Positions 48,456-57,622 of a stretch of 64,000 nucleotides of DNA are shown piece after piece. The DNA is from a virus, in IMG/VR virus record IMGVR_UViG_3300027741_000002, positions 32,001 to 96,000 of that record. The stretch is one strand, 5' to 3'. Each line of letters opens with the position of its first letter. Position 1 is the stretch's first letter. The notes under the pieces are model-generated. The model did not search any database. It was not told the DNA's origin and saw nothing but the letters and a program-made list of their open reading frames with translations. Both the position numbers and the translations under genes were made by a program.

Positions 48456-49054
48456 TGGGCTACCGCACGATTCGTTTGTTTGATTGGCGAGTAGCATTTA
48501 CTTTTACCTGTTTTTGGAGTTAGGTATCCGTAACGCGCAAGACGGAATCTAAGAGCTCCGTGTGTCACGCCAAGACATTTTGCGAGTCGATACAAGGTTA
48601 CACCCTCAACTGAATATACATGCCACACGAGTGCAGAGTATTCCTCAGCTTCCTTACGATACGTAGAATGGTCATAGCGAACTTTCTGCGCAAGAGGTTG
48701 AAGCTCAAGTAGACGAGCTAATGTTTCAGGTGAAGGTTCAACATACTCTGGATCTCCTGGGACTTCAATTTCTCTAGTCTCTAGCTCAGGCACAGGGAAC
48801 TCACCGGGATTAGAAAGAATATAGACAATGTTAGCAGGAGACGCCATTAGCTGAATTTGGCGAATACGCTCACGAGTAAGATCAAGTGCAAAGGCAATTG
48901 ACTCGAGGGTCCAGCCTTTTAACCGAAGAGCTTTAACGTACGCCGCGCGTAGGTCCTTATCAGTTGTCAAGTTAAGGGCAAGCGTAGTAACTGCCGGCAT
49001 TGTTTGATGCTGGTTAACAGATACTTGCTTTTTAACTCTAGGTCGTTTTTTCAT
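48452..49054 (-). CDS. double-HTH DNA-binding protein (sigma region-4-like N-terminal HTH)
   Basis: GWTLESIAFALDLTRERIRQI; GVTLYRLAKCLGVTHGALRFRL. Confidence 0.8.
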   Translation of the reverse strand: MKKRPRVKKQVSVNQHQTMPAVTTLALNLTTDKDLRAAYVKALRLKGWTLESIAFALDLTRERIRQIQLMASPANIVYILSNPGEFPVPELETREIEVPGDPEYVEPSPETLARLLELQPLAQKVRYDHSTYRKEAEEYSALVWHVYSVEGVTLYRLAKCLGVTHGALRFRLARYGYLTPKTGKSKCYSPIKQTNRAVAQ

Positions 49055-49063
49055 TTGTAATCC

Positions 49064-49270
49064 TTAGTCTATTGCTAGTGGGTCGCAGGTTGGGAGAGCA
49101 TGTGTTCTCCAGTCAGTAAGAATCTGTTCAAGTACCTCGTGGTACTCATAGGGAAGATCCTCTGATACTTTTTTCATCATTGCATACCACTTTGCAGTAT
49201 CCGCAAAAACGTTTTCATGTTCCTCTACGTAGTAGGCGCAGAAGTCACAGAGAGTTAGTTCGTCACTCAC
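49064..49270 (-). CDS. hypothetical protein
   Basis: 68 aa ORF, CDFC. Confidence 0.6.
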   Translation of the reverse strand: MSDELTLCDFCAYYVEEHENVFADTAKWYAMMKKVSEDLPYEYHEVLEQILTDWRTHALPTCDPLAID

Positions 49271-49431
49271 ACAACCACCGGCAATTGATTCTTGATGCGT
49301 GCTTGAAGATCTGACACGCAGTGAGCAAGATGATGGAATCCTGAGTCCTGGCAGAATTTCTTTTCCTTGCCAAGTGCACGGATAATAAGTTCAATGTCTT
49401 TATCTGTAAGATCTTTAATGTCGATGTTCAT
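49267..49431 (-). CDS. small hypothetical protein (54 aa)
   Basis: Manual: MNIDIKDLTDKDIELIIRALGKEKK...; follows promoter/RBS motif. Confidence 0.65.
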   Translation of the reverse strand: MNIDIKDLTDKDIELIIRALGKEKKFCQDSGFHHLAHCVSDLQARIKNQLPVVV

Positions 49432-49460
49432 GGTTTATCCTTCCGTCGTTGGTGAGTTAA

Positions 49461-49751
49461 TTATATCTTATCTGTTGTTAAAAGTACAGCCTTCTTGACA
49501 AGTTCAACTACATCTCGGTTGAATCCACCGATGTTGTACTCCATAACTTCATCCATGTCAGGTGCGCCTAAGTCGTAGCGCTTCCAATCGTAGATTGTTG
49601 CAACTGAACCATCTGAAAAAGTGTGGACCCATTCAACAGTAACTTTATCTCCTGGGTAATAAAAAGTTGGTTCATCAAATGCTGAGATGAGATCTCGCAT
49701 CGTGGTAGTGACATACCCTTGTAGGGATGTGCCATTTTTAATGTCATGCAT
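49461..49751 (-). CDS. conserved phage hypothetical protein
   Basis: GTSLQG, DKVTVEW, ATIYDWK, YNIGG. Confidence 0.75.
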   Translation of the reverse strand: MHDIKNGTSLQGYVTTTMRDLISAFDEPTFYYPGDKVTVEWVHTFSDGSVATIYDWKRYDLGAPDMDEVMEYNIGGFNRDVVELVKKAVLLTTDKI

Positions 49752-49792
49752 TTTCTTGTCCTTTCGTCGTTGATAGTACTATTATAACATGT

Positions 49793-50008
49793 TTACTTGT
49801 CGAAGTACACTATTTCGATGAATTCTTTTGCCCAGCCTGTGAGCCCAGCTTCCATCTTGTTTTTGTGATGACCGCAGAAGAATAGCTCTCCGCTTTGGCC
49901 GACGACTTTCCAGATTGCCTGAGCTGTCTGGCATGAATCACAAGGAACCCAACTGTAAGACTCCTGGGTTGTCTCTTCTACTACTTCTTCGGTAATGGTG
50001 GACTCCAC
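49793..50008 (-). CDS. small Zn-binding protein
   Basis: CDSC..ELFFCGHH. Confidence 0.7.
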   Translation of the reverse strand: MESTITEEVVEETTQESYSWVPCDSCQTAQAIWKVVGQSGELFFCGHHKNKMEAGLTGWAKEFIEIVYFDK

Positions 50009-50044
50009 GTCTTCTCCCTAGCTCGTAGTTAGATAATACTTGGT

Positions 50045-50284
50045 TTAGAAGTTGTCGTTTGGGTCATACCAACCTTCGCGGGAGTTTTCCTCACCGCACT
50101 TGTTGCACACCCACTCAGCAGTCCAAGTTATCTCGCCGTGCGAGTACTCTTCTATGCTAGGAACTTCGTAGCATGCGTCACATGTATCGTTGCCGCAATC
50201 GAGTTCTTGAACGCTTTCACTTTCGTTTGACCCGGCAATTTGAGGTTCAAATCCAGAAACTCCTGGTGGATAGTTGCTTGACAT
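50045..50284 (-). CDS. small Zn-ribbon protein
   Basis: ATG 50284 after RBS motif; MSSNYPPGV..C..C..CNKC. Confidence 0.7.
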   Translation of the reverse strand: MSSNYPPGVSGFEPQIAGSNESESVQELDCGNDTCDACYEVPSIEEYSHGEITWTAEWVCNKCGEENSREGWYDPNDNF

Positions 50285-50324
50285 GATGTGTCCTTTCGTC
50301 GTTGGGTTAATTATATCAGGATAA

Positions 50325-50522
50325 TCAGGAAGATTCAAGGACAGAGCAATCGAATGATAAGGCGATTCCTCTATTTCTTTCTTCGGCATTGGGCAGGTCG
50401 CTGACGTCAATCTCTTCGTCCATTACCTGTTGCATCAAAGCCTTAGCCTGCTCTTCGTTGTCGGCATCAAACCAAACCTGGTTCATTGCTACCTCATCGA
50501 AGCGAAATGTAAACTTAGCCAT
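50325..50522 (-). CDS. hypothetical protein
   Basis: ATG 50522 after promoter and RBS motif; MAKFTFRFDE..FDADNEEQA. Confidence 0.7.
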   Translation of the reverse strand: MAKFTFRFDEVAMNQVWFDADNEEQAKALMQQVMDEEIDVSDLPNAEERNRGIALSFDCSVLESS

Positions 50523-50574
50523 TAGTAATCCTTCCGTCGTTGTAAGGTTAATTATATCAGGTTTTCTTCCATAA

Positions 50575-50860
50575 AGTAAAATAAGAGTGGGACCAGCCCA
50601 TGTCGAATGAAAACTGGTCCCACAACTACTGGACAGGCGTCTCTCCCTCAACTCTTTGGGCCGACCTCAAAAGCTTTAGCCTAACTAAGCACCTTGCTTT
50701 ACTCTTGGTAGAGTCTCTACGAATAACACTAAGCAATGCAGAGGTCTTATGACATACAGTTGCTACCCTTTCCGCACCTTACTAGCTTATTGGGAGTACT
50801 CCACCATGTGGAACCCGTACGCCTTCAGGCTTGGTTAGTCCAATCCTTTTATTTAGTTAT
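50575..50860 (-). ncRNA. candidate structured non-coding RNA (~285 nt)
   Basis: Promoter copy at 50865-50877, no RBS motif or ORF, seven mutually compatible stems, strong terminator hairpin 50587-50623 with T-tract. Confidence 0.6.
50587..50623 (-). terminator. intrinsic terminator
   Basis: GTGGGACCAG/CTGGTCCCAC stem followed by TCTTATTTTACTTT. Confidence 0.7.
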
Positions 50861-50877
50861 AGTTGAATTATATCAGG

Positions 50878-51057
50878 TTATTCCCAATCTGTTAGGTATA
50901 CTGCCTCGAAGTCAGCCAATGGGCGTTTCAACCCAACTGAAGCCATCTGCAGCATCCGGTCAACGTCCGCGCGCTTGCGCGCCCTAAACTTTGAGATACG
51001 TTCGCCCGTATGAACATCACGGATCTCCCAGATGCCGGCAGATGCATTTTTACTCAT
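50878..51057 (-). CDS. small hypothetical protein (59 aa)
   Basis: Manual: MSKNASAGIWEIRDVHTGERISKFRARK...; ATGA overlap with upstream gene. Confidence 0.6.
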   Translation of the reverse strand: MSKNASAGIWEIRDVHTGERISKFRARKRADVDRMLQMASVGLKRPLADFEAVYLTDWE

Positions 51058-51425
51058 GAGAAGAACTTAGTCTCTGCTTCGTATGCTCTACGAAGCTTCT
51101 CCGCAAGTTCCTCGAGCTGTAACTGCCAAGGATACGGCAAAGGCAGGTTGTCACCTTCATCGTCCGTTCCACCGGTGAACACGATGTCACCCATAATGAT
51201 GTCCGTCATGCCGAAGCTTTTCTCCCACATGTGCGTGCCGATGATATTTGGTTGCATGCCGTTAATAAGCTTGCCCTCTTCGTTGCACCATAGTGTTAGG
51301 TTGTCGTGCAGGTCAGCTGCTTGAACCAAGCCACCGACTGCTCCCTGGAGTTGTTCGAGACTGTCCACCTCAAGATCTAAGATCTCTGTGGTGAAGTCCG
51401 TGTTAATTCGCAATGCTGTTTTCAT
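51054..51425 (-). CDS. DUF3846-like protein
   Basis: LEQLQGAVGGLVQ, LWCNEEGKL..PN, IMGDIVFTG. Confidence 0.8.
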   Translation of the reverse strand: MKTALRINTDFTTEILDLEVDSLEQLQGAVGGLVQAADLHDNLTLWCNEEGKLINGMQPNIIGTHMWEKSFGMTDIIMGDIVFTGGTDDEGDNLPLPYPWQLQLEELAEKLRRAYEAETKFFS

Positions 51426-51428
51426 AGT

Positions 51429-51626
51429 TTACTCGATCTCTTCAATAAATTCTTGAACCGCATCTGTCACCGCGTCATTAAGTAAGTCGTGTAACTTGTC
51501 GAGTTGAGCTGCAGTAAAAGATTCAGCGGTGTACTCGTCGGTGTCACGCATGTAGTTCGCGTGGTCAAGAAAATCTTCGACTGTCATTGTGTAGCTGTAT
51601 AGTACGTGATCTGCTGGGTAACTCAT
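51429..51626 (-). CDS. hypothetical protein
   Basis: Own promoter and RBS motif. Confidence 0.7.
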   Translation of the reverse strand: MSYPADHVLYSYTMTVEDFLDHANYMRDTDEYTAESFTAAQLDKLHDLLNDAVTDAVQEFIEEIE

Positions 51627-51692
51627 TGTGTATCCTTCCGTCGTTGTGTTGGTTTAATTATATCAGGTAGTGGGGAAGAAGTACAGGGTGCC

Positions 51693-51986
51693 TCAGCAGA
51701 GGCAAACCCCGGACTTTGATGGTATTGTGAAACAGTTACCGCAGACTACCGGAGCTGGGGTTAGTGGTTTGTTTGAGTGTCTGTGGTGACTTGTCGCACC
51801 AATGTTAATAAGCTTTGTTGAGACTGAGTAGTAAGAGCGTCCTAAAACTTTTGCTATCTCCTTTATAGACTTGCCAGAGGCTTTCATAGTCTCAAGTTCG
51901 CGAGCTTCAGCTAAGGTCCATTCGGACCCTGTGTTGACCGCAGCCTCAAGGGAGCGGCTTTGAGTTTCAATAAGCCAGGTGTTCAT
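51693..51986 (-). CDS. HTH protein with C-terminal Cys cluster
   Basis: WTLAE..GKSIKEIAKVLGRSYYSV; CGNC..CLC. Confidence 0.75.
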   Translation of the reverse strand: MNTWLIETQSRSLEAAVNTGSEWTLAEARELETMKASGKSIKEIAKVLGRSYYSVSTKLINIGATSHHRHSNKPLTPAPVVCGNCFTIPSKSGVCLC

Positions 51987-52057
51987 TTGAATCCTTCCGT
52001 CGTTGTTATAGTACTATTATAACATGTATCTATTATAAAGTACAACACCTTCCGGAA

Positions 52058-52288
52058 TTACTTTTTGTTGTTTTCAAACTCCCAGTAGCTTTTGGCTAGT
52101 TCGTAGAACATCTGGGCAAGACCTGGAGTAATCTCATAACCGATCTGCTCGCAGGCATCGCGGCAATAACCGTTCTCAAGGCTATCGTTAATCTCACCAA
52201 CCGCGTCAGCAGCTGAGAAGATGTATCCGGTGTCGGACATCGTAAAGAATGTATCCATGCCCTCATGGGCAACGTAAATGTTGTTCAT
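52058..52288 (-). CDS. hypothetical protein
   Basis: ATG 52288 (TAATG overlap) MNNIYVAHEG. Confidence 0.55.
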   Translation of the reverse strand: MNNIYVAHEGMDTFFTMSDTGYIFSAADAVGEINDSLENGYCRDACEQIGYEITPGLAQMFYELAKSYWEFENNKK

Positions 52289-52407
52289 TATCCTACCTGC
52301 ATAAGCTCGCCGCAATCGGCACACCAATATGAATCTCCAAGAATAGAGTCATCATCATACTCGTGGGTCCACTCAACGTGAGCGCACTTAACTGTGGTGG
52401 TACTCAT
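52288..52407 (-). CDS. 39 aa Zn-ribbon microprotein
   Basis: MSTTTVKCAHVEWTHEYDDDSILGDSYWCADCGELMQVG after ACGACGAAAGGA. Confidence 0.6.
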   Translation of the reverse strand: MSTTTVKCAHVEWTHEYDDDSILGDSYWCADCGELMQVG

Positions 52408-52507
52408 GTCTATCCTTTCGTCGTTTAGATGGGCAACCAGCGGAAGAAAGTCTGGTAGACTCTCGCCTACAGTTTCATATCCGCTGGCTGCGCGTAGTAC
52501 TATTATA

Positions 52508-53425
52508 TCAGGTTTGGTAGAACTTTAGTTCGAAATTGGTAAGAGTTCGGTAGGCGTTTTGTAGGGACGCGTTGACCTTGCCCATGACCGTATCTAGGGT
52601 AGAACAATCAGATAGGCTTTGAGCCAGTCTGGTGGCCACAAGTACGGTAGCATTCGAGGTACCTAGGGTAACTGTCGTGTTTCCCTGGACGTCGGTTGTG
52701 GCGGCCCTTCCAAGGGCATACAGGTCAAGGTCTGGCCCGGAGTTAGAGATCAACATGATTGGGTAGACCCAACCGGTGACTTCCTTCATGGAGTACGGGG
52801 TATCCGTTGCTCCTACGGCGATTGCCTGAGGGATACATGCCGGATAGTTAACTTTCTTTTGGTCAGAGTTGTTGCCTGAAGAAATAACCGTTGGGATATT
52901 CTTTGCAGCAAGCTGAACGATAAGTGGTTGAAGCTTTGGATCCGACGATACAGGACACGCTGCTTCCTTGTAGACACGACCGATTGATACGGATACCGCG
53001 CCGACATTGAGTCTGTCAGCGTTTGCCGCAACCCAATCAAGTGCAAGTGTGACAGCTTTAGTTGTATAAGTAGTTGCGTATCCTTTAGCGCTCATGCCGA
53101 CGATGCGGATGAACACGATCTTTACATTTGGATTAGCAGCTACCGCAACCGAAGCCATCTGCGTTCCGTGGCTCATGGCCTTGTCGACTACGAGCTTTGG
53201 GTCTAAAGATGCAGCTCCGGGACCGACCATACTTGGTAGCATGTTTGGGCAGTTGCCGAACTCGATGAAGCAAGCTTCCTCAACTACCGCGGCCTTAGCC
53301 CAAGGTAGTTGCGTGTTGATACCGGAGTCGATGATGACAAGAGTTTTGTCTCCTGCCGCATGCGCCGGTGTTATTAGCAATGACAGACCTAAGGCTGCCG
53401 CAATCAGTAGTACTTTTGTTTTCAT
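52508..53425 (-). CDS. secreted subtilisin-like serine protease (S8)
   Basis: Signal peptide (..PAHA), IIDSG, HGTQMAS, SSGN, YPAC..AVGA, GTSNAT. Confidence 0.88.
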   Translation of the reverse strand: MKTKVLLIAAALGLSLLITPAHAAGDKTLVIIDSGINTQLPWAKAAVVEEACFIEFGNCPNMLPSMVGPGAASLDPKLVVDKAMSHGTQMASVAVAANPNVKIVFIRIVGMSAKGYATTYTTKAVTLALDWVAANADRLNVGAVSVSIGRVYKEAACPVSSDPKLQPLIVQLAAKNIPTVISSGNNSDQKKVNYPACIPQAIAVGATDTPYSMKEVTGWVYPIMLISNSGPDLDLYALGRAATTDVQGNTTVTLGTSNATVLVATRLAQSLSDCSTLDTVMGKVNASLQNAYRTLTNFELKFYQT

Positions 53426-53518
53426 CTTTTTCTCTTTTCGTCTTTGTTAGTTGGTTGGTTAAAAATAACCGATGCAGGTAGAGTAATCTGACGGAAGGTC
53501 TACCCACACCGGAGCTTG

Positions 53519-55315
53519 TTACGCAGCATTACGTGCGCCAATCTTTGTTAGAGCGTCTGCCGCAGCTTTTCCGATTTGGAGTGCAGCGTCTGCTGGGTCT
53601 TTCACATCTTGTAATAGGGCAACTGATGTTCCCTTAACTATGCTACGGACATATTCTAGTTGATATTCTTGTGTGAAAGGAAGCCACATGATTGCGACCC
53701 CTGACTTCTCACATTCGCGAACCCACTTCTTAGCATTCTCTATCTCATCTGGTGTATAGCAACCATCGCTAACAACCACGAGTAGACGAGCGCCAGTTCC
53801 ATTGAGAAGATTTAGAGAACCATCGAGTGCCTTGAACGCCTTATCGAACTTTTCAGTTGCATCAGGAGCTGTATAGACATTTACCTCAGGAAGATGCTGC
53901 CCTGGCTTTAGAGTAGGGAATACACCTGAACCATAGTAGACCATTGCGCAACGTCCTTGAACGCGTCGCACTGCCTCGGACATTGCCCAGGCGGTAACTG
54001 CCATTGGCTGCATTGCGTCTGCCATTGAACCAGAGATGTCAACCATAACTCCAACGTTAAGTGTTGGGTCATCAGTATGCTTACGCACTGTACGCTTCCA
54101 TGGCTCTGCATGCATCATTGAACCACGAGCTTTGTACGCAGCTTCTTGAACCATCGCACGAGAACGTAGACGCCCTGGAGGAAGAATCGAAGTTACTTCC
54201 TTTTCATCGCGCTCACGATACTTTGCACGCTCAAGCATGTTTGCGATTTTCACCGCAGCCGCACGCTCTGGACCAGATGGTGCACGAGTCTCCTTGATGC
54301 GTGAGTAGCTACCAGAGCTTCCTAGCTCAGCAGTAGACTTGTTGAAGACTTCATCTGAAATCTTTTCATGATCTCTTTGTTGTTTTGCGGCCTTGCCACG
54401 AAGATCAACAACGTCATTCCAGTCTTCCTTCTGCTCTTGTTCCTGGGCTTCGTCGCCAATTGCAATTGCAATATCTTCCGCTGCTTCTTCAAGGGCTTCA
54501 ATAATCTCTGCGATGATACCTGCCATAGCAGCAGTGACAGGATTGTCTTCCTCTTCATCACTGTTCTCTTTAGAAACTTCAGAGATAAGCTTTTCCCATT
54601 CGCGGGCAAGTTCGTAAAGTGGCAGAGCGTTTGTGTGCCCTTCATACTTTTGGAATCGAAGCCAGATGTCACGAAGTTGTGAATAGCGAGTATCACCAAA
54701 GTACTCAGCGACAAGCTCTTGAACGTCTAGAGCATCTTCGTTATCTAGTGAACCTGCATCAACACGAGCACATACGAGAGCAGCTAACTGCGCCATAGCA
54801 CGAGTAGTGGTGCTCTTCTCTAGATATTCACGAACGTCATCAAGGATGATGTCCATCGCGCACGCGCGAAGGAACACTCGGTTAGCTGGGAAGTTTTCTA
54901 TACCGAAAGCTTCAATGCGAGTCTCCTCAAGAATAGTAAGTGCCTGAAGTTCATTCTTTGAAAGATCCTCGTGGGCTTTGAATAAATCGTAGCGAGAGTA
55001 ACGAGCGTGTAGTGCCTCATGAAAGATCGCACCGGATGCTCGTGGATAATCGAATTGTGTTCCGCGCTCGCGGACGTCTCCTATATTCTCAGGAGTTACT
55101 GTTGGACCGAAGGCAACAGAGACGTTTACCTCGACCTCAGCCATTGGTGGGTTGAAGCAGGCTGGTGCAGATTGCCCAGCGCCTGGGCCAACGTAGGCAA
55201 CGATGTCTGAGCGTCCTGCCCAGGTGTTGACTAGCTCGCCGAGTTGAGCTCCGACCTTTAGCCATTCCGGCGGAGTCTGTTCCGCGCGGGTTTTAGAAAC
55301 CTTTATATGTGCCAT
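53519..55315 (-). CDS. VWA-domain protein with N-terminal HExxH metallopeptidase-like domain
   Basis: FHEALHA..LEETRIE; PPGRL; MIDAS DISGSM, T, VSDG. Confidence 0.85.
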   Translation of the reverse strand: MAHIKVSKTRAEQTPPEWLKVGAQLGELVNTWAGRSDIVAYVGPGAGQSAPACFNPPMAEVEVNVSVAFGPTVTPENIGDVRERGTQFDYPRASGAIFHEALHARYSRYDLFKAHEDLSKNELQALTILEETRIEAFGIENFPANRVFLRACAMDIILDDVREYLEKSTTTRAMAQLAALVCARVDAGSLDNEDALDVQELVAEYFGDTRYSQLRDIWLRFQKYEGHTNALPLYELAREWEKLISEVSKENSDEEEDNPVTAAMAGIIAEIIEALEEAAEDIAIAIGDEAQEQEQKEDWNDVVDLRGKAAKQQRDHEKISDEVFNKSTAELGSSGSYSRIKETRAPSGPERAAAVKIANMLERAKYRERDEKEVTSILPPGRLRSRAMVQEAAYKARGSMMHAEPWKRTVRKHTDDPTLNVGVMVDISGSMADAMQPMAVTAWAMSEAVRRVQGRCAMVYYGSGVFPTLKPGQHLPEVNVYTAPDATEKFDKAFKALDGSLNLLNGTGARLLVVVSDGCYTPDEIENAKKWVRECEKSGVAIMWLPFTQEYQLEYVRSIVKGTSVALLQDVKDPADAALQIGKAAADALTKIGARNAA

Positions 55316-55411
55316 GATTTTCCTTCCGTCATTTTGTTAGTACTATTATATCAGGTAAAGAAGGTCCCAGGCACCCATACCCAGGACCTTCCTTTACTGC
55401 GCCAAGGGGAA

Positions 55412-56404
55412 TTAAATCTTGGCTGGTCGGCACTCTTCGCCGTACACCCTAGTGAGCACGTCCGCAACGACGGGGCGGTCGAGCTCAGGCGCACAGGCAA
55501 TCAGGTTCGCGATAGCGAACTTAGTGCCGAACGATTTTGAGATGTCGCGGAATGCGAGCAACTCACGCATTTGTGGACACCAACCACATTCACCAGATGC
55601 CTGGCGACGATTGATGTTTTGTGCAACTGTAACGATCTGTGCAGAGGCGCCAAGCTTTTTAGCAAGACCCCAGTCTGTAGTCATCTCAGATTGCACAACG
55701 AATCGAGATAGAAGAGCTTCGGATAAGCGAACTCCAGGAGCGTTTGGGTTAGTAGCAGCGATGACATAGAACCCATCTTTTGCTTTTACAGTTCCACGCT
55801 CTGGGTTTGCAGTAATTGTTAGTTCCTTACGTCCATCCATAAGTCCGTAGACTCCTGAAAGAACCTTAGGATCAATCAAGCCAACTTCGTCGATGAGCAA
55901 TGGCACACCTTCTTCGGCAGCTTTTACAAGCGGACCGTCTTCCCACATGAATCCACCGGTTGGAGTTTGTACGTATCCACCAATGAAGTCAGCGAGTTCA
56001 GTGTCACCTGTACCCATGATTGTGTATAGCTTTTCATAGGCAGCTTCAACGAGTGCGGTTTTGCCGCAACCTGGAGCTCCGTAGAGAAGAATAAACTGTT
56101 GATCCATACGCGCCTTGCGAAGAACCATGACGTCATCATGCTCTCCCCACTTACGTGCATGGTACTGCTCGCCATTTGGACGAGTGTAGACTGAATCGCC
56201 TACGAGTGCATCTGCTGATACCACAGGGACTACCTTTGCTTTGGGTGTTGGTCGTGCGTTTACTTTACCCTGAGCGAGAACTAGTGAGTCGAGAGTTGCA
56301 GAAGACTCTGGGTGAGTTGTCTGCATAAGTGATGTAAGAAGTGTAGAGCCTAGGTTAGCTCCGGGTGCGAATGTTTCAATCGCGTCCATAATTGCTGTAG
56401 ACAT
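55412..56404 (-). CDS. MoxR-like AAA+ ATPase (CbbQ/NorQ/CobS-type)
   Basis: GAPGCGKT, WEDGPL, LLIDEV, AATNP, LSEALLSRF. Confidence 0.9.
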   Translation of the reverse strand: MSTAIMDAIETFAPGANLGSTLLTSLMQTTHPESSATLDSLVLAQGKVNARPTPKAKVVPVVSADALVGDSVYTRPNGEQYHARKWGEHDDVMVLRKARMDQQFILLYGAPGCGKTALVEAAYEKLYTIMGTGDTELADFIGGYVQTPTGGFMWEDGPLVKAAEEGVPLLIDEVGLIDPKVLSGVYGLMDGRKELTITANPERGTVKAKDGFYVIAATNPNAPGVRLSEALLSRFVVQSEMTTDWGLAKKLGASAQIVTVAQNINRRQASGECGWCPQMRELLAFRDISKSFGTKFAIANLIACAPELDRPVVADVLTRVYGEECRPAKI

Positions 56405-56436
56405 TTGTGTATCCTTTCGTCGTTTGGGTGGGTGGG

Positions 56437-56895
56437 TTACTCTACGATTAACTCGCCGAACCCAAGGGTGCGTCGAACTCTCGTAATGCGACCTAAAATT
56501 TTGTAAGGAGTCTTTGAGAGTCTAATAGACTCTAGATCTTCCTGGGCAACTTCTACAATGATGGGGCTCTTGTATAGTCTATAACTGTATGAGTTAAGTT
56601 GAGACAGCGTAGTCGCCATATAGTTTAAGCGCAACTCTGCTCCTTGGACCGCATCATCGTTTGACTGAGTCTCGTAGGCTCCGAACGAGTTGATGGGTAG
56701 TGCCGGTAGACTGTAGGTCTTCCATGCACGGCGTGGCTTTTGCTTTGAGATTTGGCGGCGGTACAATGTTGAAGGTACTGCGCGACCATTTGAGGAGATG
56801 CCATCTGGGGTAAGAAGCATCTGATAGGTTTGATTGGTTGGAGTGCGAAGCTCTAAGTAGAGAGCTTTTCCAATCACCTTATCCTTGTCTGCCAT
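56437..56895 (-). CDS. hypothetical protein
   Basis: Own promoter and RBS motif. Confidence 0.7.
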   Translation of the reverse strand: MADKDKVIGKALYLELRTPTNQTYQMLLTPDGISSNGRAVPSTLYRRQISKQKPRRAWKTYSLPALPINSFGAYETQSNDDAVQGAELRLNYMATTLSQLNSYSYRLYKSPIIVEVAQEDLESIRLSKTPYKILGRITRVRRTLGFGELIVE

Positions 56896-56949
56896 TTTCT
56901 GTCCTTTCGTCGTTTTGGGTGGTTATAGTACTATTATATCAGGTAGATG

Positions 56950-57180
56950 TTAAACTGAACAATCGCAATTGCCACAACTACAGTGAGGCTCGCCAGGTTT
57001 GGCTTCGCACACGTCACAACCTTCATGGAGAGGGTAGAGATAGTTTCCAAGGTCGATGCCCATTCCAGTGCGGATGATTACCTCATCGCCATCAAGCAAG
57101 ACAGTAGAACCAGTGAGGCGTTCCTCGATATACTCGCGAAGATGTTCTAATGTTTGTATGTCTGAAAGTTGTATTTTCAT
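56950..57180 (-). CDS. hypothetical protein with Cys-rich tail
   Basis: ATG 57180 after RBS motif; CDVC..HCSCGNCDC. Confidence 0.65.
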   Translation of the reverse strand: MKIQLSDIQTLEHLREYIEERLTGSTVLLDGDEVIIRTGMGIDLGNYLYPLHEGCDVCEAKPGEPHCSCGNCDCSV

Positions 57181-57220
57181 TTTATTTCCTTCCGTCATTT
57201 ATTGTTATAAGTTAATTATA

Positions 57221-57622
57221 TCAGGTTGACTCCACTGTAGAGGAATAAAGCTCTGCAAATAGCTCGCGAACATAAACCTTTGGGAGCTCAAGCGCCGCAC
57301 GAGGAATTTCCTTTGAGATATACACCCAGCTCGTTGCGTTATTAAAGAATGCCGCACTGTGGTCGGTACCTGGTTCCCAGAGTCCTACGTCAGTCTTAGA
57401 GGTCTTGATTTCCCAGACATGAATCGAATCATGCGCCTCAACGCCGAAAGATTCAGGAGTCCTGTGGACATGGTCAAGCAGGCGGAACCACATAAACTGA
57501 AGAGCGTCGCCTGGAGTCTCGGCCGCATAGATCTCACCAAAAGCAGACTTGAGCCCGTCAGCGTTAATGCTACCTAGTGCGCACTCGGGCGCTGCATGAT
57601 AGAGCTTCTTTGGAACTGTCAT
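57221..57622 (-). CDS. hypothetical protein, possible ADP-ribosyltransferase-like fold
   Basis: LYHA..SI..GL..IYAA..W.Y..IP pattern resembles ART/KptA-like small phage proteins (tentative). Confidence 0.55.
   Translation of the reverse strand: MTVPKKLYHAAPECALGSINADGLKSAFGEIYAAETPGDALQFMWFRLLDHVHRTPESFGVEAHDSIHVWEIKTSKTDVGLWEPGTDHSAAFFNNATSWVYISKEIPRAALELPKVYVRELFAELYSSTVEST

Noticed and set aside
50736-50987. 83 aa plus-strand ORF over the ncRNA candidate
   Set aside because: Wrong strand for the region, no RBS, crosses a promoter and a minus-strand gene
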